From IMG/VR virus record IMGVR_UViG_3300048576_000485, positions 1-62,573 of that record: a DNA stretch of 62,573 bases; one strand, given 5' to 3'. The position numbers and the translations under genes were made by a program. The notes beneath the pieces are model-generated. The model worked only from the letters and a program-made list of their open reading frames with translations, was not told the DNA's origin and did no database searches. Shown here piece after piece: positions 18,828 to 28,295 of the stretch (the stretch's first letter is position 1; every line of letters begins with the position of its first letter). This DNA comes from a virus. Its lineage: Duplodnaviria > Caudoviricetes.

Positions 18828-21323
18828 ATGAAAAGAGTATTGTTATTATTGGTTTTAATAAGTCCGTTAATTTACGGACAGGAAATATTACAGCGGAACA
18901 ACGCAAGCGGGATTAATTACTCTTTAATAGAAAAATATACAGCCGTTAAGTTTACCGCAAATGATAATTACACGGTAGGGGCAATTGAGATACAGGCAAA
19001 GTACAATAAGCTGATCTTTAACAGTAATCAATGGATTTACGGTAATATTTACGATGATAACGGCAACAAACCGGGTAAACAGATTATCCAGGGCATATCC
19101 TCAAAGGTTACGGCCATCCCCAGCGTTTTTTGGCAAGTAAATATGTTAACAAATGCTATTCTTAACAAAAATACAGTTTATTGGTTAGTAATAAGACTTG
19201 ATTTTGCTTCGCCTGAAAACAGTCTAATATGTAATAGCGACACAATGGGGCAAGGAGCGATAAGCCGTGACGGAATTACTTGGACAGTAAACAAGGTTCA
19301 ATTAAATGTTATTATTAAAGGCAGGCCCTATAATCCGCCGGTTCAAGGGAACACAGAAGCAAGTCAGGCAACCAAAATTATTTCTCTTTCGGGAGATATG
19401 ACGAAGGATAATTCCAATAATGTTTTAAGGCTCAAACGTGACCTATACGGGCCATATATTGCAAGCGGTGACTTACTATACCTACAGGATAATAGTCACT
19501 CCATTGTTGCAGGAGCAGCTTTTATAGCTGAAATTGATAGTGTAATAAGAATAAAGCTTAACCCGAGAGCGCAAGGCGGTGAAACGGCCTATAAGTTTGA
19601 TACTAAAGAAGATGTTGCAGGGAATTTATTAGAAATTGCGAAGAAAGGAGTAACAAAGATAAAAGCCGATAGCGCCGGGATAATTGATGCAGGAGGCTTC
19701 ACAATAAAAGGGGAAAATATTCTTGATTCAATAAAAAGTACGAATGATTCTTTAACAGTAAAATTTAATGAATATGCAAAAACATATGATACTGATACAG
19801 CGAAAAGTAATTTAAGGAACGAAATAAACGGGAAGTTCAACAAAGCGGACACATTAGGGTTGAACGCGCAAAAGTTTTCAATGATTGCGGATTCACTTGC
19901 AAGAAATAGCCTGGATATTAATACTAATAAGCAATCGGCACTTGATTCAATATATAATCATATAACACGCATTAACGCACAATATGATAGCTTGAAGAGC
20001 CATAATTTAAGGCTTTTAGGTCTTATTGACAGCTTGAAAAAGAAAGTAAGTGACACAGATACTTCAGGGCGTTGGCAGCCAAAAGGCGTTTACGCCATTC
20101 CGGGGGATACACTTTTAAGTTTGGCATACTTAAAGGCTATGATGAATTATAAGCTCCCGAGTGCCGATACCAATAATTTTAGAGGTTATTCAAACTATTT
20201 ATATCAAAACAAAGGCATATATCTTGGTTGGGCAGATACTTCGTCAGCTTTAGCTTATGTAAAATTGATGCTGACTTATAAGCTTAGCTCTTCTGATACG
20301 AATATTTTTAGGGCGTTTAGTGATGCTAAATACATGGCAAGCGCCGGCACAGTAACCTCCGGCGCAATACCTTATTTCAGCTCTACTACTGGTAAGGCTT
20401 TGGGGACAAGTGATATGTATTGGGACGCGGTTAATGGGAGGTTGGGGATTGGGACGAGTAACCCCGAAACTATTTTTGATTTAGAAAGCGATAATTTGCC
20501 ATTGGTGATTTTTGCTGCCTATGGAGGAACGTCTGTTAAATCCGCCATGCGAATGCGGGCAGCTCGTGGCACTAAGTCCTCTCCGTCGGCGATACAAGTA
20601 GATGATTATTTATTCTCATTCACAGCGCAGGGTTATAATGGTACAACTTGGTCGCCTTCAAATAATGTATCCATATATGGGCGCGCCGCAGAAAATTTTA
20701 CATCTTCGGCAATGGGGGCTTACCTAAGCTTTGAAACATCGCAAATTGGGACTAACACGAGATTGGAACGAATGAGGATTGGGGACTCTGGCAAACTCTC
20801 CCTCTACGACAACGCCTCAACCCCAGTAGTACGCTTTTTCGCCGACCCGAATGTGGCGGATGGTGCAAGTGCGGTTGCGTACTCAATGGATACAAAAAAC
20901 AATCTGCAAACTTCGGGGGCTAAGTTACTCTCTATTAGGAATGGGGGGACGGAGAAGGCGTATGTAAATTATAATGGTTATGCCGTGTTTAACGGCATAG
21001 CCTCTTTAAGTGATTTTATTGCATACAACCCAGCATATTTTAGTTCTAATTTTAATGTTAGGAATAAAGCTAACTCCGCATGGCTCTCCTTCGCCACCCG
21101 CAACACAACAGGAACCGAAGCAGTTTACGACCTGTCGAATGTGGGGACGATTTCAGCAAGTTCAACTGTTACGGCGGCGCAGTTCTCTTTAAGCGCATTA
21201 AATACAGCTCCCGCAAGTTCTACAGCAACCGGGACAACAGGAGAGATAAGAATAGTAGATGGTTTTATTTATGTGTGTGTTTCCGCTAATTCATGGAAAC
21301 GTGCGGCATTAAGTTCATGGTAA
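18828..21323 (+). CDS. fibre-like protein with N-terminal Sec signal peptide
   Basis: MKRVLLLLVLISPLIYG|Q; GRLGIGT, ERMRI and C-terminal PASSTATGTTGEIR..FIYVCV.ANSWKRAALSSW fibre motifs. Confidence 0.7.
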   Translation: MKRVLLLLVLISPLIYGQEILQRNNASGINYSLIEKYTAVKFTANDNYTVGAIEIQAKYNKLIFNSNQWIYGNIYDDNGNKPGKQIIQGISSKVTAIPSVFWQVNMLTNAILNKNTVYWLVIRLDFASPENSLICNSDTMGQGAISRDGITWTVNKVQLNVIIKGRPYNPPVQGNTEASQATKIISLSGDMTKDNSNNVLRLKRDLYGPYIASGDLLYLQDNSHSIVAGAAFIAEIDSVIRIKLNPRAQGGETAYKFDTKEDVAGNLLEIAKKGVTKIKADSAGIIDAGGFTIKGENILDSIKSTNDSLTVKFNEYAKTYDTDTAKSNLRNEINGKFNKADTLGLNAQKFSMIADSLARNSLDINTNKQSALDSIYNHITRINAQYDSLKSHNLRLLGLIDSLKKKVSDTDTSGRWQPKGVYAIPGDTLLSLAYLKAMMNYKLPSADTNNFRGYSNYLYQNKGIYLGWADTSSALAYVKLMLTYKLSSSDTNIFRAFSDAKYMASAGTVTSGAIPYFSSTTGKALGTSDMYWDAVNGRLGIGTSNPETIFDLESDNLPLVIFAAYGGTSVKSAMRMRAARGTKSSPSAIQVDDYLFSFTAQGYNGTTWSPSNNVSIYGRAAENFTSSAMGAYLSFETSQIGTNTRLERMRIGDSGKLSLYDNASTPVVRFFADPNVADGASAVAYSMDTKNNLQTSGAKLLSIRNGGTEKAYVNYNGYAVFNGIASLSDFIAYNPAYFSSNFNVRNKANSAWLSFATRNTTGTEAVYDLSNVGTISASSTVTAAQFSLSALNTAPASSTATGTTGEIRIVDGFIYVCVSANSWKRAALSSW

Positions 21324-21345
21324 TAAATAAATATAAGGAAACAAT

Positions 21346-21819
21346 ATGAAAAAAATACTTTGGTTCGTTTTAGTTTTGTTTTCATGTGTGGCAGCACAGG
21401 AGAAGAACAATTATTTACTTGTGGATACAACAAATGTAGTACAGGGAATAATCCAGCTTGCCCCAAATTCACAAGCAGATTCAGCTTTTGGAGGATGCAG
21501 GGTTTATAAGTTTTCAGGAGATTATAATCCGGCTTATCTTCAGACGAGAACATTTGACGGTACGACTTTAATCGAGATTAAGCCGCCTAAATGGGTACTG
21601 ACAAAATTCGAGTTTAACAGTAAGTTCACAATGGAGGAGCTGGTAAATATCGAAAATGCAGCGACAACTGATGTTTTGGTAAAAGTATTGATGAATAAGT
21701 TCAATATAGCGGAAGAAATAGAGTTGAGAGATCCGGCAGTTATTTATGGCGTAAATACTTTAGTTGAAAAAGAATTATTAACAGCGGAAAGGGCGAAGGA
21801 GATACTTAGCCCAAAATAA
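21346..21819 (+). CDS. signal-peptide protein resembling small fibre-adjacent phage proteins
   Basis: MKKILWFVLVLFSCVAA|Q; LTKFEF..KFT.EE...LLTAERAKEIL. Confidence 0.6.
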   Translation: MKKILWFVLVLFSCVAAQEKNNYLLVDTTNVVQGIIQLAPNSQADSAFGGCRVYKFSGDYNPAYLQTRTFDGTTLIEIKPPKWVLTKFEFNSKFTMEELVNIENAATTDVLVKVLMNKFNIAEEIELRDPAVIYGVNTLVEKELLTAERAKEILSPK

Positions 21820-21836
21820 ACAAGGAGTTTTATAAA

Positions 21837-22112
21837 TTGAAAATATTAGCAATAACAACCAAATACATAATCTATTTAGTATTTATTTTATCATTGGTAA
21901 CAATAGTTACTTACCTGCATGGTTGTGAAGTTGAAACGCCCGTAGTTGGCAATGCAGCGGTATCAATTATATCATTTACTGTAATTGCCGGGATAGTATT
22001 TAATATTCTTTGCAAGAGCAGGAGGGAGGGGGAGGGGGCAATTGTTTTTATCGGATTTACAATTGGGGCATTTCTTTTTGTTTTACAGACAATCAGGACA
22101 GCATTAAAGTAA
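21837..22112 (+). CDS. 3-TM membrane protein
   Basis: three hydrophobic helices; AAGGAG RBS; TTG start. Confidence 0.6.
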   Translation: MKILAITTKYIIYLVFILSLVTIVTYLHGCEVETPVVGNAAVSIISFTVIAGIVFNILCKSRREGEGAIVFIGFTIGAFLFVLQTIRTALK

Positions 22113-22116
22113 CTGT

Positions 22117-22148
22117 AACCCCTTACGAATAGTAAGGGGTTTTTATTT
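22117..22148 (+). terminator. intrinsic terminator
   Basis: AACCCCTTAC-GAATA-GTAAGGGGTT then T-rich tail. Confidence 0.75.
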
Positions 22149-22162
22149 AATTCAAATATTTA

Positions 22163-22191
22163 TTGCGGGGTACGAAAAAACACCGTATATT
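22163..22191 (+). promoter_or_regulatory. possible sigma70 promoter for the Mor-like gene
   Basis: TTGCGG-17 bp-TATATT. Confidence 0.4.
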
Positions 22192-22237
22192 AAAAACATT
22201 AATTAATAATTACATTTATTAACTAATAACCAGCAAC

Positions 22238-22573
22238 ATGAATAACGAAAAAAGATGCAGAGAGGAAGATAAACAACGACTACTTGAAATATTGGGGGAG
22301 TTATTAGGGCCGATTGAGCATGAGACTATAAAAAAATTATACGATTCAAGCCGAAAGATAAGGGCAGAGATGCACATCAATGCTTTCCCCATAGCGTTGC
22401 TTTACAGAATTTCTTTATATAAGAAATTAGATAATGAATATATCGGAGTATCAACGCAAGAAATAGCAGCAAGGGAAGGAATATCACCCCGACGTATGTA
22501 CAATATAAGGAAAGATTATTTTAAGCATACAAGGCAAAACAAAAATAAATATCAGCAAGGGAGAGAAAAGTAA
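22238..22573 (+). CDS. Mor/C-like transcriptional activator
   Basis: FP...EYIGVSTQEIAAREGISPRRMYNI C-terminal HTH. Confidence 0.55.
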   Translation: MNNEKRCREEDKQRLLEILGELLGPIEHETIKKLYDSSRKIRAEMHINAFPIALLYRISLYKKLDNEYIGVSTQEIAAREGISPRRMYNIRKDYFKHTRQNKNKYQQGREK

Positions 22574-22825
22574 ATGATCCTAACAGGAAAATGCGAAGAA
22601 CAATTGAACTCAATTCCAGAAGGGAGCATAGATTTTATTTGTTCCGATGTTCCTTATGGATTAACAAACTTAGACCCGTTAAAGTCAATAGAAGATGATT
22701 CGGTAAAGGGAAATAGCTTTATGAATAAGGATTGGGATAATATTCCAACAATTGAAGCAAGATTGGAAGCGGGGGTACCTTTAGAACCAACATTATTTGA
22801 TAATTTATTTCAGGTTGCAGTATGA
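22574..22825 (+). pseudogene. internally deleted amino (N6A/N4C) DNA methyltransferase
   Basis: GKCEEQL..IPEGSIDFICSDVPYGL...FMNKDWD joined directly to terminal IEARL; no SAM-binding motif. Confidence 0.65.
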
Positions 22826-23340
22826 AAACATGGCAAATTATTCTTTGTGCAATAATTGTTATAGTATTTTGCGGATTAACTTTTTTTATAACAAAAGAAG
22901 TTTATGAATATAAAGCCCCAAAACAAAAACAACGAACCGATACATGTTATGTCCCTTATCCTGTACCAGGTGAGCCAAAATATATTAAGGGCCGGATTGA
23001 TACCGTTAAGGCAGATGCTGTTTTTATAAGTATAACTGATACAATCAGAATACCGCAGGGAACACTTTTAGCAAGCACAGACACAACAGCGAATTTTAAC
23101 TTAGACGGTGATAGTTTGAGCATTGCTGCCAGCTATACTTTCCCCCCGGCTAATTTCTTCCAAATAGGGATTAAGAGTTACTACCGAAAGAAAATAAATC
23201 AAGTTGATACAGTTTTCAGGGAGCAGCCTAAATCATTTTGGAGTAAGTTCCATTTTGGCATAGGGGTAGGGGTAGGATATGAATTCAAAGAGAAAAAAAC
23301 TTATCCGGGTTTGTTTATTGGAGGATTTTACGAATTATAA
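22822..23340 (+). CDS. membrane-anchored, possibly spanin-like protein
   Basis: N-terminal TM, DT-rich linker, C-terminal GIGVGVGY...PGLFIGGFYEL beta strands. Confidence 0.5.
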   Translation: MKTWQIILCAIIVIVFCGLTFFITKEVYEYKAPKQKQRTDTCYVPYPVPGEPKYIKGRIDTVKADAVFISITDTIRIPQGTLLASTDTTANFNLDGDSLSIAASYTFPPANFFQIGIKSYYRKKINQVDTVFREQPKSFWSKFHFGIGVGVGYEFKEKKTYPGLFIGGFYEL

Positions 23341-23432
23341 AGTTTCGCATGAACTCAAGGCGAAGATCGGCACATAGCGGTTACTCCGATTAAAAACAAA
23401 AGGATGCACTCACTCCATTCTTTTTTCACCTC

Positions 23433-23466
23433 AAGGCTGCCCCATAATAGGGTAGCCTTTTCTTTT
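23433..23466 (+). terminator. intrinsic terminator
   Basis: AAGGCTGCCC-loop-GGGTAGCCTT-TTCTTTT. Confidence 0.75.
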
Positions 23467-23494
23467 CCTAGAAATATAACAATCAACCAAAATA

Positions 23495-23538
23495 CTGAAA
23501 AAAAATAGACAATCTTTTAGAATTGCAAATTGTATGTT
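23495..23538 (+). promoter_or_regulatory. putative late promoter 2
   Basis: same 18-bp box; TATGTT 21 bp after TAGACA; upstream of protease. Confidence 0.75.
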
Positions 23539-23569
23539 TCCTTAAGTAAAAAGAAGGATACAATAAAAA

Positions 23570-24940
23570 TTGGAACACTTTTCATTTTTCGCCCCGGCAA
23601 CATTGATTAAATCGGGGCATAACGGGAAACGAAAAATAAGAGTAGGCGGACTAATCTCATCAGAGGCCAAAGATGCAGATGGTGAAATTGTTGAATCTGG
23701 AGGCATTGATTTTAATTACTTTACTTCCGGTTTTGGGAAGATAAAGTTTGAACATGACTCACCCTTGTTAAAAGAACCTGATAATATTATTGGTTTCCCT
23801 GATAAACTTATTAGAAAAGGCAAAGACACATTTTTTGAAGGAACTCTTGTTGATTTTGAAGGGGTTCCCGATGGAAGTTTAACCCCGCAGCAGAAAGCTG
23901 CAAAGTCAGCTTATGGATTATTGAAAAGTATGGAAGATCATAATGCTGATTCTCCCAGCATTCCCCAGAAAGCAGGTTGGAGCATTGAGGGAGATGTATT
24001 AGAGAGGGATAAAGCAACACGCAGAGTAAAAAAATCAATAGTAACAAATGTTGTACTTACAACCAAGCCCGTTAATACAACAACATACGCCACATTAATT
24101 AAATCATTAAATACAGGATATGAAGTAAACCCGGCTAATATGTCGGGTATTGCAGTAGCACGAAAAGAGAGTATCGAAGAAGGTAATTTAAAACATAATA
24201 AAAATACAAAAGGAGTAAAATGTATGTTTAAGAACAGACAGGAAGCATACGATCATTACCTTGCCAAAGGGATGAGCGAGGAAAAAGCTACCGAAATGGC
24301 TAACGTTTGGGAAACCGAAAGCAAAGCCGAAACCGCATTAACAGGGGCTAGAGAATCTTTGCAGAAATCCATCAAAGAAATTGAAGCAATTGAAAAAATC
24401 GAATTAGAAGCTTCAAACCCTGAAAAATTACGCAAATCCTTAAAAACCCTACAGGAAGATGAGGAAGCAGATTTGGGTGCTTATCTTGGCGAGAAGCAGC
24501 AGACAGATTTTCAGAATGCACAGAACATCGAGCAGCTTGCAAAAAAAGTTGACGGATTAGCAAAATCTTTAAGTTCTTTAGTTGCCGGTATTGATGGACT
24601 TTTGCAGTATAACGCTTATTCAAGAACCGCTATGCAGAAATCTATTTCGGCCAACACAGAAATTTCAGCCGTTACCGCTAAAGGTGTTGCTAAACTTGTT
24701 GGCGTACAGGCTGGTAAAACAGGCTTAGTTACAGATGGAATTCAGAATATGAATTATACAGATAATAATAAGCCACAACCCCCGGTTTTGAACAGACAAG
24801 AAACTTTGACTCTGTTGAAATCGCTTCAGGCAAATAATGAAATAACGGCGGATGATGTTATGAACTATGAACTTACAGGCCGTTTAACTCCGACGCATGA
24901 GGCATTGGTAAAATCAAAAGCAACCGGCGTAATAGGTTAG
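23570..24940 (+). CDS. prohead protease fused to scaffold-like region
   Basis: S.E.KD.DGE, EH, GWSIEG, VVLT.KPVN..T, then coiled coil with many xxKS sites. Confidence 0.85.
   Translation: MEHFSFFAPATLIKSGHNGKRKIRVGGLISSEAKDADGEIVESGGIDFNYFTSGFGKIKFEHDSPLLKEPDNIIGFPDKLIRKGKDTFFEGTLVDFEGVPDGSLTPQQKAAKSAYGLLKSMEDHNADSPSIPQKAGWSIEGDVLERDKATRRVKKSIVTNVVLTTKPVNTTTYATLIKSLNTGYEVNPANMSGIAVARKESIEEGNLKHNKNTKGVKCMFKNRQEAYDHYLAKGMSEEKATEMANVWETESKAETALTGARESLQKSIKEIEAIEKIELEASNPEKLRKSLKTLQEDEEADLGAYLGEKQQTDFQNAQNIEQLAKKVDGLAKSLSSLVAGIDGLLQYNAYSRTAMQKSISANTEISAVTAKGVAKLVGVQAGKTGLVTDGIQNMNYTDNNKPQPPVLNRQETLTLLKSLQANNEITADDVMNYELTGRLTPTHEALVKSKATGVIG
24224..24940 (+). CDS. putative nested scaffold protein (internal in-frame start)
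   Basis: AGGAG at 24211-24215, 8 nt before in-frame ATG, after an A-rich stretch. Confidence 0.55.
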   Translation: MFKNRQEAYDHYLAKGMSEEKATEMANVWETESKAETALTGARESLQKSIKEIEAIEKIELEASNPEKLRKSLKTLQEDEEADLGAYLGEKQQTDFQNAQNIEQLAKKVDGLAKSLSSLVAGIDGLLQYNAYSRTAMQKSISANTEISAVTAKGVAKLVGVQAGKTGLVTDGIQNMNYTDNNKPQPPVLNRQETLTLLKSLQANNEITADDVMNYELTGRLTPTHEALVKSKATGVIG

Positions 24941-24988
24941 TTAATTAAAGCAAATACTAATTAATTTTAATAATAAAAAGGAAATCAC

Positions 24989-26410
24989 ATGAACGACTTT
25001 GAATTTGGAATAGCCACTCTCGATGATATTCGGGAGTTGGGGAAATCCTTAGACAGTCTTAGTAAATCGCTTCCTACAGGTTACGCCGTTGATCCTCAAC
25101 AGATGTTCGACATGGCAGTTTCACGTAGAGAAGACATTGATTCTACTTTGACCTATTTGACGGAACAGGAATCTGTTTCTACATTTTGGAAAGCCACCAC
25201 CAAAATTAAAGCGAAAAGTACCGTTATTCAGTACAACATCGTTGAAAGCTTAGGCGGCGCAAATTTCTTCCCGGAAGGCGGAGTTCCTGAAGAATATGAC
25301 GAGTCTTTGAAAAGGGAATTTGAAAATATCCGGTATATTGGGTCATTGGGTAGAATGTCATACCCGGCTCAAATTGTTGACTCCACATTTGATACGCTTG
25401 CGGAGATAAAGAAGCTTAAGACAACAGCCATAATTCGTGCGGCAGATTATAAACTGTTTTTTGCCGACTTCAACAACAATCCAATAGAATGGAATGGCGT
25501 TTATGCCCAGGTTGCAAAAAAGGCAAAAAACTTCTCTGCTCAAGTAATTGATATGAAGGGGAAAAAATTAACCCCCGAAGCACTTAACAAAACCGGTCAG
25601 ATTATTCAAGGCAACTATGGTAATCCGGGCAACATTAGAGGTTGGATTTCTCCGCTTGCCTATGCCGATTACGCACAGGATATTCTTGATCGTAAGATTG
25701 CTGTTATCATGGGTCAGAAAATCACTGATATTACTTCTATACCGCAGACTTTCGGTTTCGGTGAAGTAAAAGGCTCATTCCTTACAAACTTGCACTTAAG
25801 ATATAAGGGGCAGACTCACATTGAGGACTTACACCCAAAATTGAATAAAGCAAGAACAGCTTTTGCTCCTACCACTAATAAACCTGCTGCGAAATTAGAT
25901 GCTAATACAGCGACCTGTACAGTTGAGGCATTAACAGGAAGTTCATTAGCGGCTGAAACCTACGATTATTGCTTCTTAGCAGGCAATATGTTCGGCGTTA
26001 GCGCTGGATTTGAAGTGAAGGGTGTTGTTGTTAATGCTGTAAATAAAAAGGTTACATTCTCATTTTCTGATAATGGTTCATTGCCAGGGCAGGAAATGCT
26101 TTTCGTAGAAGTTTACAGAAAACTTTCAAGCTCTACAGGAATTTCGGACTATAGATATATGAAAACTATTGCTCTATCTGACACAACAAAATGTGATGAT
26201 GGAACAAAAATTCCCGGCACAACAATGGGCTTCTTCTTTGATTGGGATCCGCAGGTTTACCATTTCAGACAGTTGTTACCGTTAATGTATGATCCGCTTG
26301 CAAAAGTTGATGACTCTGTAAGATGGATGCAGAAACTTTACGGAACACCGCTCGTTAAGAATCCAAACAAAATTGTGATTATCGACAATATTGGTACTAT
26401 ACCAAACTAA
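24989..26410 (+). CDS. major capsid protein (SPO1/phage K-like)
   Basis: SKS|LPTGY...SRREDID..L..LT N-terminus; QLLPLM..PLA, LYGTP...P.K...I.NIG C-terminus. Confidence 0.9.
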   Translation: MNDFEFGIATLDDIRELGKSLDSLSKSLPTGYAVDPQQMFDMAVSRREDIDSTLTYLTEQESVSTFWKATTKIKAKSTVIQYNIVESLGGANFFPEGGVPEEYDESLKREFENIRYIGSLGRMSYPAQIVDSTFDTLAEIKKLKTTAIIRAADYKLFFADFNNNPIEWNGVYAQVAKKAKNFSAQVIDMKGKKLTPEALNKTGQIIQGNYGNPGNIRGWISPLAYADYAQDILDRKIAVIMGQKITDITSIPQTFGFGEVKGSFLTNLHLRYKGQTHIEDLHPKLNKARTAFAPTTNKPAAKLDANTATCTVEALTGSSLAAETYDYCFLAGNMFGVSAGFEVKGVVVNAVNKKVTFSFSDNGSLPGQEMLFVEVYRKLSSSTGISDYRYMKTIALSDTTKCDDGTKIPGTTMGFFFDWDPQVYHFRQLLPLMYDPLAKVDDSVRWMQKLYGTPLVKNPNKIVIIDNIGTIPN

Positions 26411-26429
26411 GTTCTATTTAAGTTCTTAT

Positions 26430-26463
26430 AAGGCAAGGGGTATATATCCTTTGCCTTTTATTT
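26430..26463 (+). terminator. intrinsic terminator after capsid gene
   Basis: AAGGCAAGGG-loop-CCTTTGCCTT-TTATTT. Confidence 0.75.
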
Positions 26464-26484
26464 ACACATATCAAAGAGGCAAAA

Positions 26485-26754
26485 ATGTTTATTAAAAATT
26501 TATTATTCGTAGGCAAAACCGCAATTGTATCAAAGGACATTTCGGAAGACGGAAAGTTAAAATTTGATGCTGAAGGAGTTGCTGAAGTTTCAGATGAAGC
26601 CGGAAAACAATTATGTCTACTTCCAGGCTTTGAGGAAGATACAAAGGTTCGGTTAACCGCAAGTGAAATTAAAAAAGCAGAAAAAGAGAAAGAAAAAGCA
26701 GAAGCAGAAGCAAAGGCAGAAGCCGATGCTGAAAAAGTGAAGAAAGTCAAATAA
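26485..26754 (+). CDS. small post-capsid protein with K/E/A-rich tail
   Basis: FDAEGVAEV...LPGF; position after capsid gene. Confidence 0.65.
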   Translation: MFIKNLLFVGKTAIVSKDISEDGKLKFDAEGVAEVSDEAGKQLCLLPGFEEDTKVRLTASEIKKAEKEKEKAEAEAKAEADAEKVKKVK

Positions 26755-26809
26755 TCCCAAAGTTCGCAGAACAGAGGGGCAAAATATAATAAATAAAAGG
26801 TAAGGAAAA

Positions 26810-27220
26810 ATGAAAGACAAAAAAGCAGTAATCGGCTTCAGTGTTGCCTTGTTTTGCTTTATTGCATACATGGTAGCGCAATATATTCTGGGCATCCAGA
26901 TTAATCAGACTGTTGCAGAAGCAGTGTTCCAAATCGTTGGAATCATAGGCGGATTTTTCGGAATATATGGTATCCGCGAACAAATTGGGAAGTATCAAGC
27001 TAATGTGCCTGATGTTCCCAAAACATCAAAAACAATGTGGGGCTTTGGTATAGGCCTATTTGTATTTGCCGTGCGGAATATACTTGAAAATGCATTCGGT
27101 ATTGTAATCCCTCCCGGTACATGGGACATTGTCACACAGGTAATCGTTTACGGGGCCGGGCTATTTGGAGTTTACGGGGTTCAGGATGCAATTAAAAATA
27201 TAACCTATAATAAAAGCTAA
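26810..27220 (+). CDS. putative holin, 4 TM (duplicated 2-TM unit)
   Basis: halves end in GFFGIYGIREQI and GLFGVYGVQDAI; SKTMW motif. Confidence 0.6.
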   Translation: MKDKKAVIGFSVALFCFIAYMVAQYILGIQINQTVAEAVFQIVGIIGGFFGIYGIREQIGKYQANVPDVPKTSKTMWGFGIGLFVFAVRNILENAFGIVIPPGTWDIVTQVIVYGAGLFGVYGVQDAIKNITYNKS

Positions 27221-27224
27221 AGAA

Positions 27225-28295
27225 ATGAAGAAATTCAAAAAAGGTATTTCGATTTCCGTTCCCCTCGACCAAGTTATTGTCGAGGGGAATGTTATTTTAT
27301 TGACGATTTACGGTGAAGATGGAAATCCCATAAATGATAATGAGAATTATCCTATTGTAAATAAACAACTCACTTACGATAGTATAACAAAAAAATATTT
27401 AGTCGAATTAACCATAAATGCAAATACCCCCGAGCAGTATTTACGTTTATATTTTGATTCGATAAATGTTGACATTGCGCCCGAATATCAGCCGGAAGAT
27501 GCTTGTCTTATCGACAATACTGTAGTTCTTCAGGAGCTCGTGCCGGTTCAATATTTTATTGACAACATTATAAATGTTGACAGTAAAATGGATATTGCTT
27601 ACAGAAAAGGGTTTATTCAGTATATCAATAATAACAGAACAGCTATAAGAGATTATTTGTTTGCAGCACAAAGCCAGCTTGAAACAGAAACACAGGTGTA
27701 TTTCACAGAGAGAGAAGTTACAGACGAAAAGAGAGACTATTATTTTGATTCCTTCCGCTCTAATCTTTGGTATTACAAAACAAGATACAACCCATTAACA
27801 GAGTTTATAAGCTTTAAGCTTAAATTTGGAGAGAATGAGTTAATTCAGATCAGTAAAGAATTTTTTGTTGTGGATAAAGATGCTGGTACAATTGAGTTTC
27901 TTCCTTCGGCTTCAGGGAACACATCAAGTCTTTACACTTTCCTACTTACCAATATGACGGGGTTATCTTACAATATACTATCAGGCGGAATTCTTGACAG
28001 AGTTCCTTGTCTATTTCATGTCCATTACAAAACAGGCATTATTCATTCAGGCAGTGACCCAGTAGAGAAAAATGCCGTAAGGTTGGCCGTCGCACAAAGA
28101 GCTCTAGTTCAGTTATTGCCCCTTGTAGATCAAGCAATGAGAAGCGCAAGCATAACAGAAGGGCTGGACGGCGTAAGTACATCGTATAACTTTAATCCAG
28201 AGAAGGTAATTAATTTCTATAAAGAAGAAGAAGCTAAATTCATTAAAAACATTAAACAAAAGTATTCACAAAATATTCACATGGTAATTGTATAA
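27225..28295 (+). CDS. head-tail adaptor/neck protein
   Basis: position; P.LFHVHY.TG, S..EGLDGVSTS. Confidence 0.65.
   Translation: MKKFKKGISISVPLDQVIVEGNVILLTIYGEDGNPINDNENYPIVNKQLTYDSITKKYLVELTINANTPEQYLRLYFDSINVDIAPEYQPEDACLIDNTVVLQELVPVQYFIDNIINVDSKMDIAYRKGFIQYINNNRTAIRDYLFAAQSQLETETQVYFTEREVTDEKRDYYFDSFRSNLWYYKTRYNPLTEFISFKLKFGENELIQISKEFFVVDKDAGTIEFLPSASGNTSSLYTFLLTNMTGLSYNILSGGILDRVPCLFHVHYKTGIIHSGSDPVEKNAVRLAVAQRALVQLLPLVDQAMRSASITEGLDGVSTSYNFNPEKVINFYKEEEAKFIKNIKQKYSQNIHMVIV

Noticed and set aside
23343-23424. Three short hairpins before the terminator as possible ncRNA or tRNA
   Set aside because: Stems are only 5-9 bp, with no cloverleaf, T-loop or recognisable riboswitch motif.
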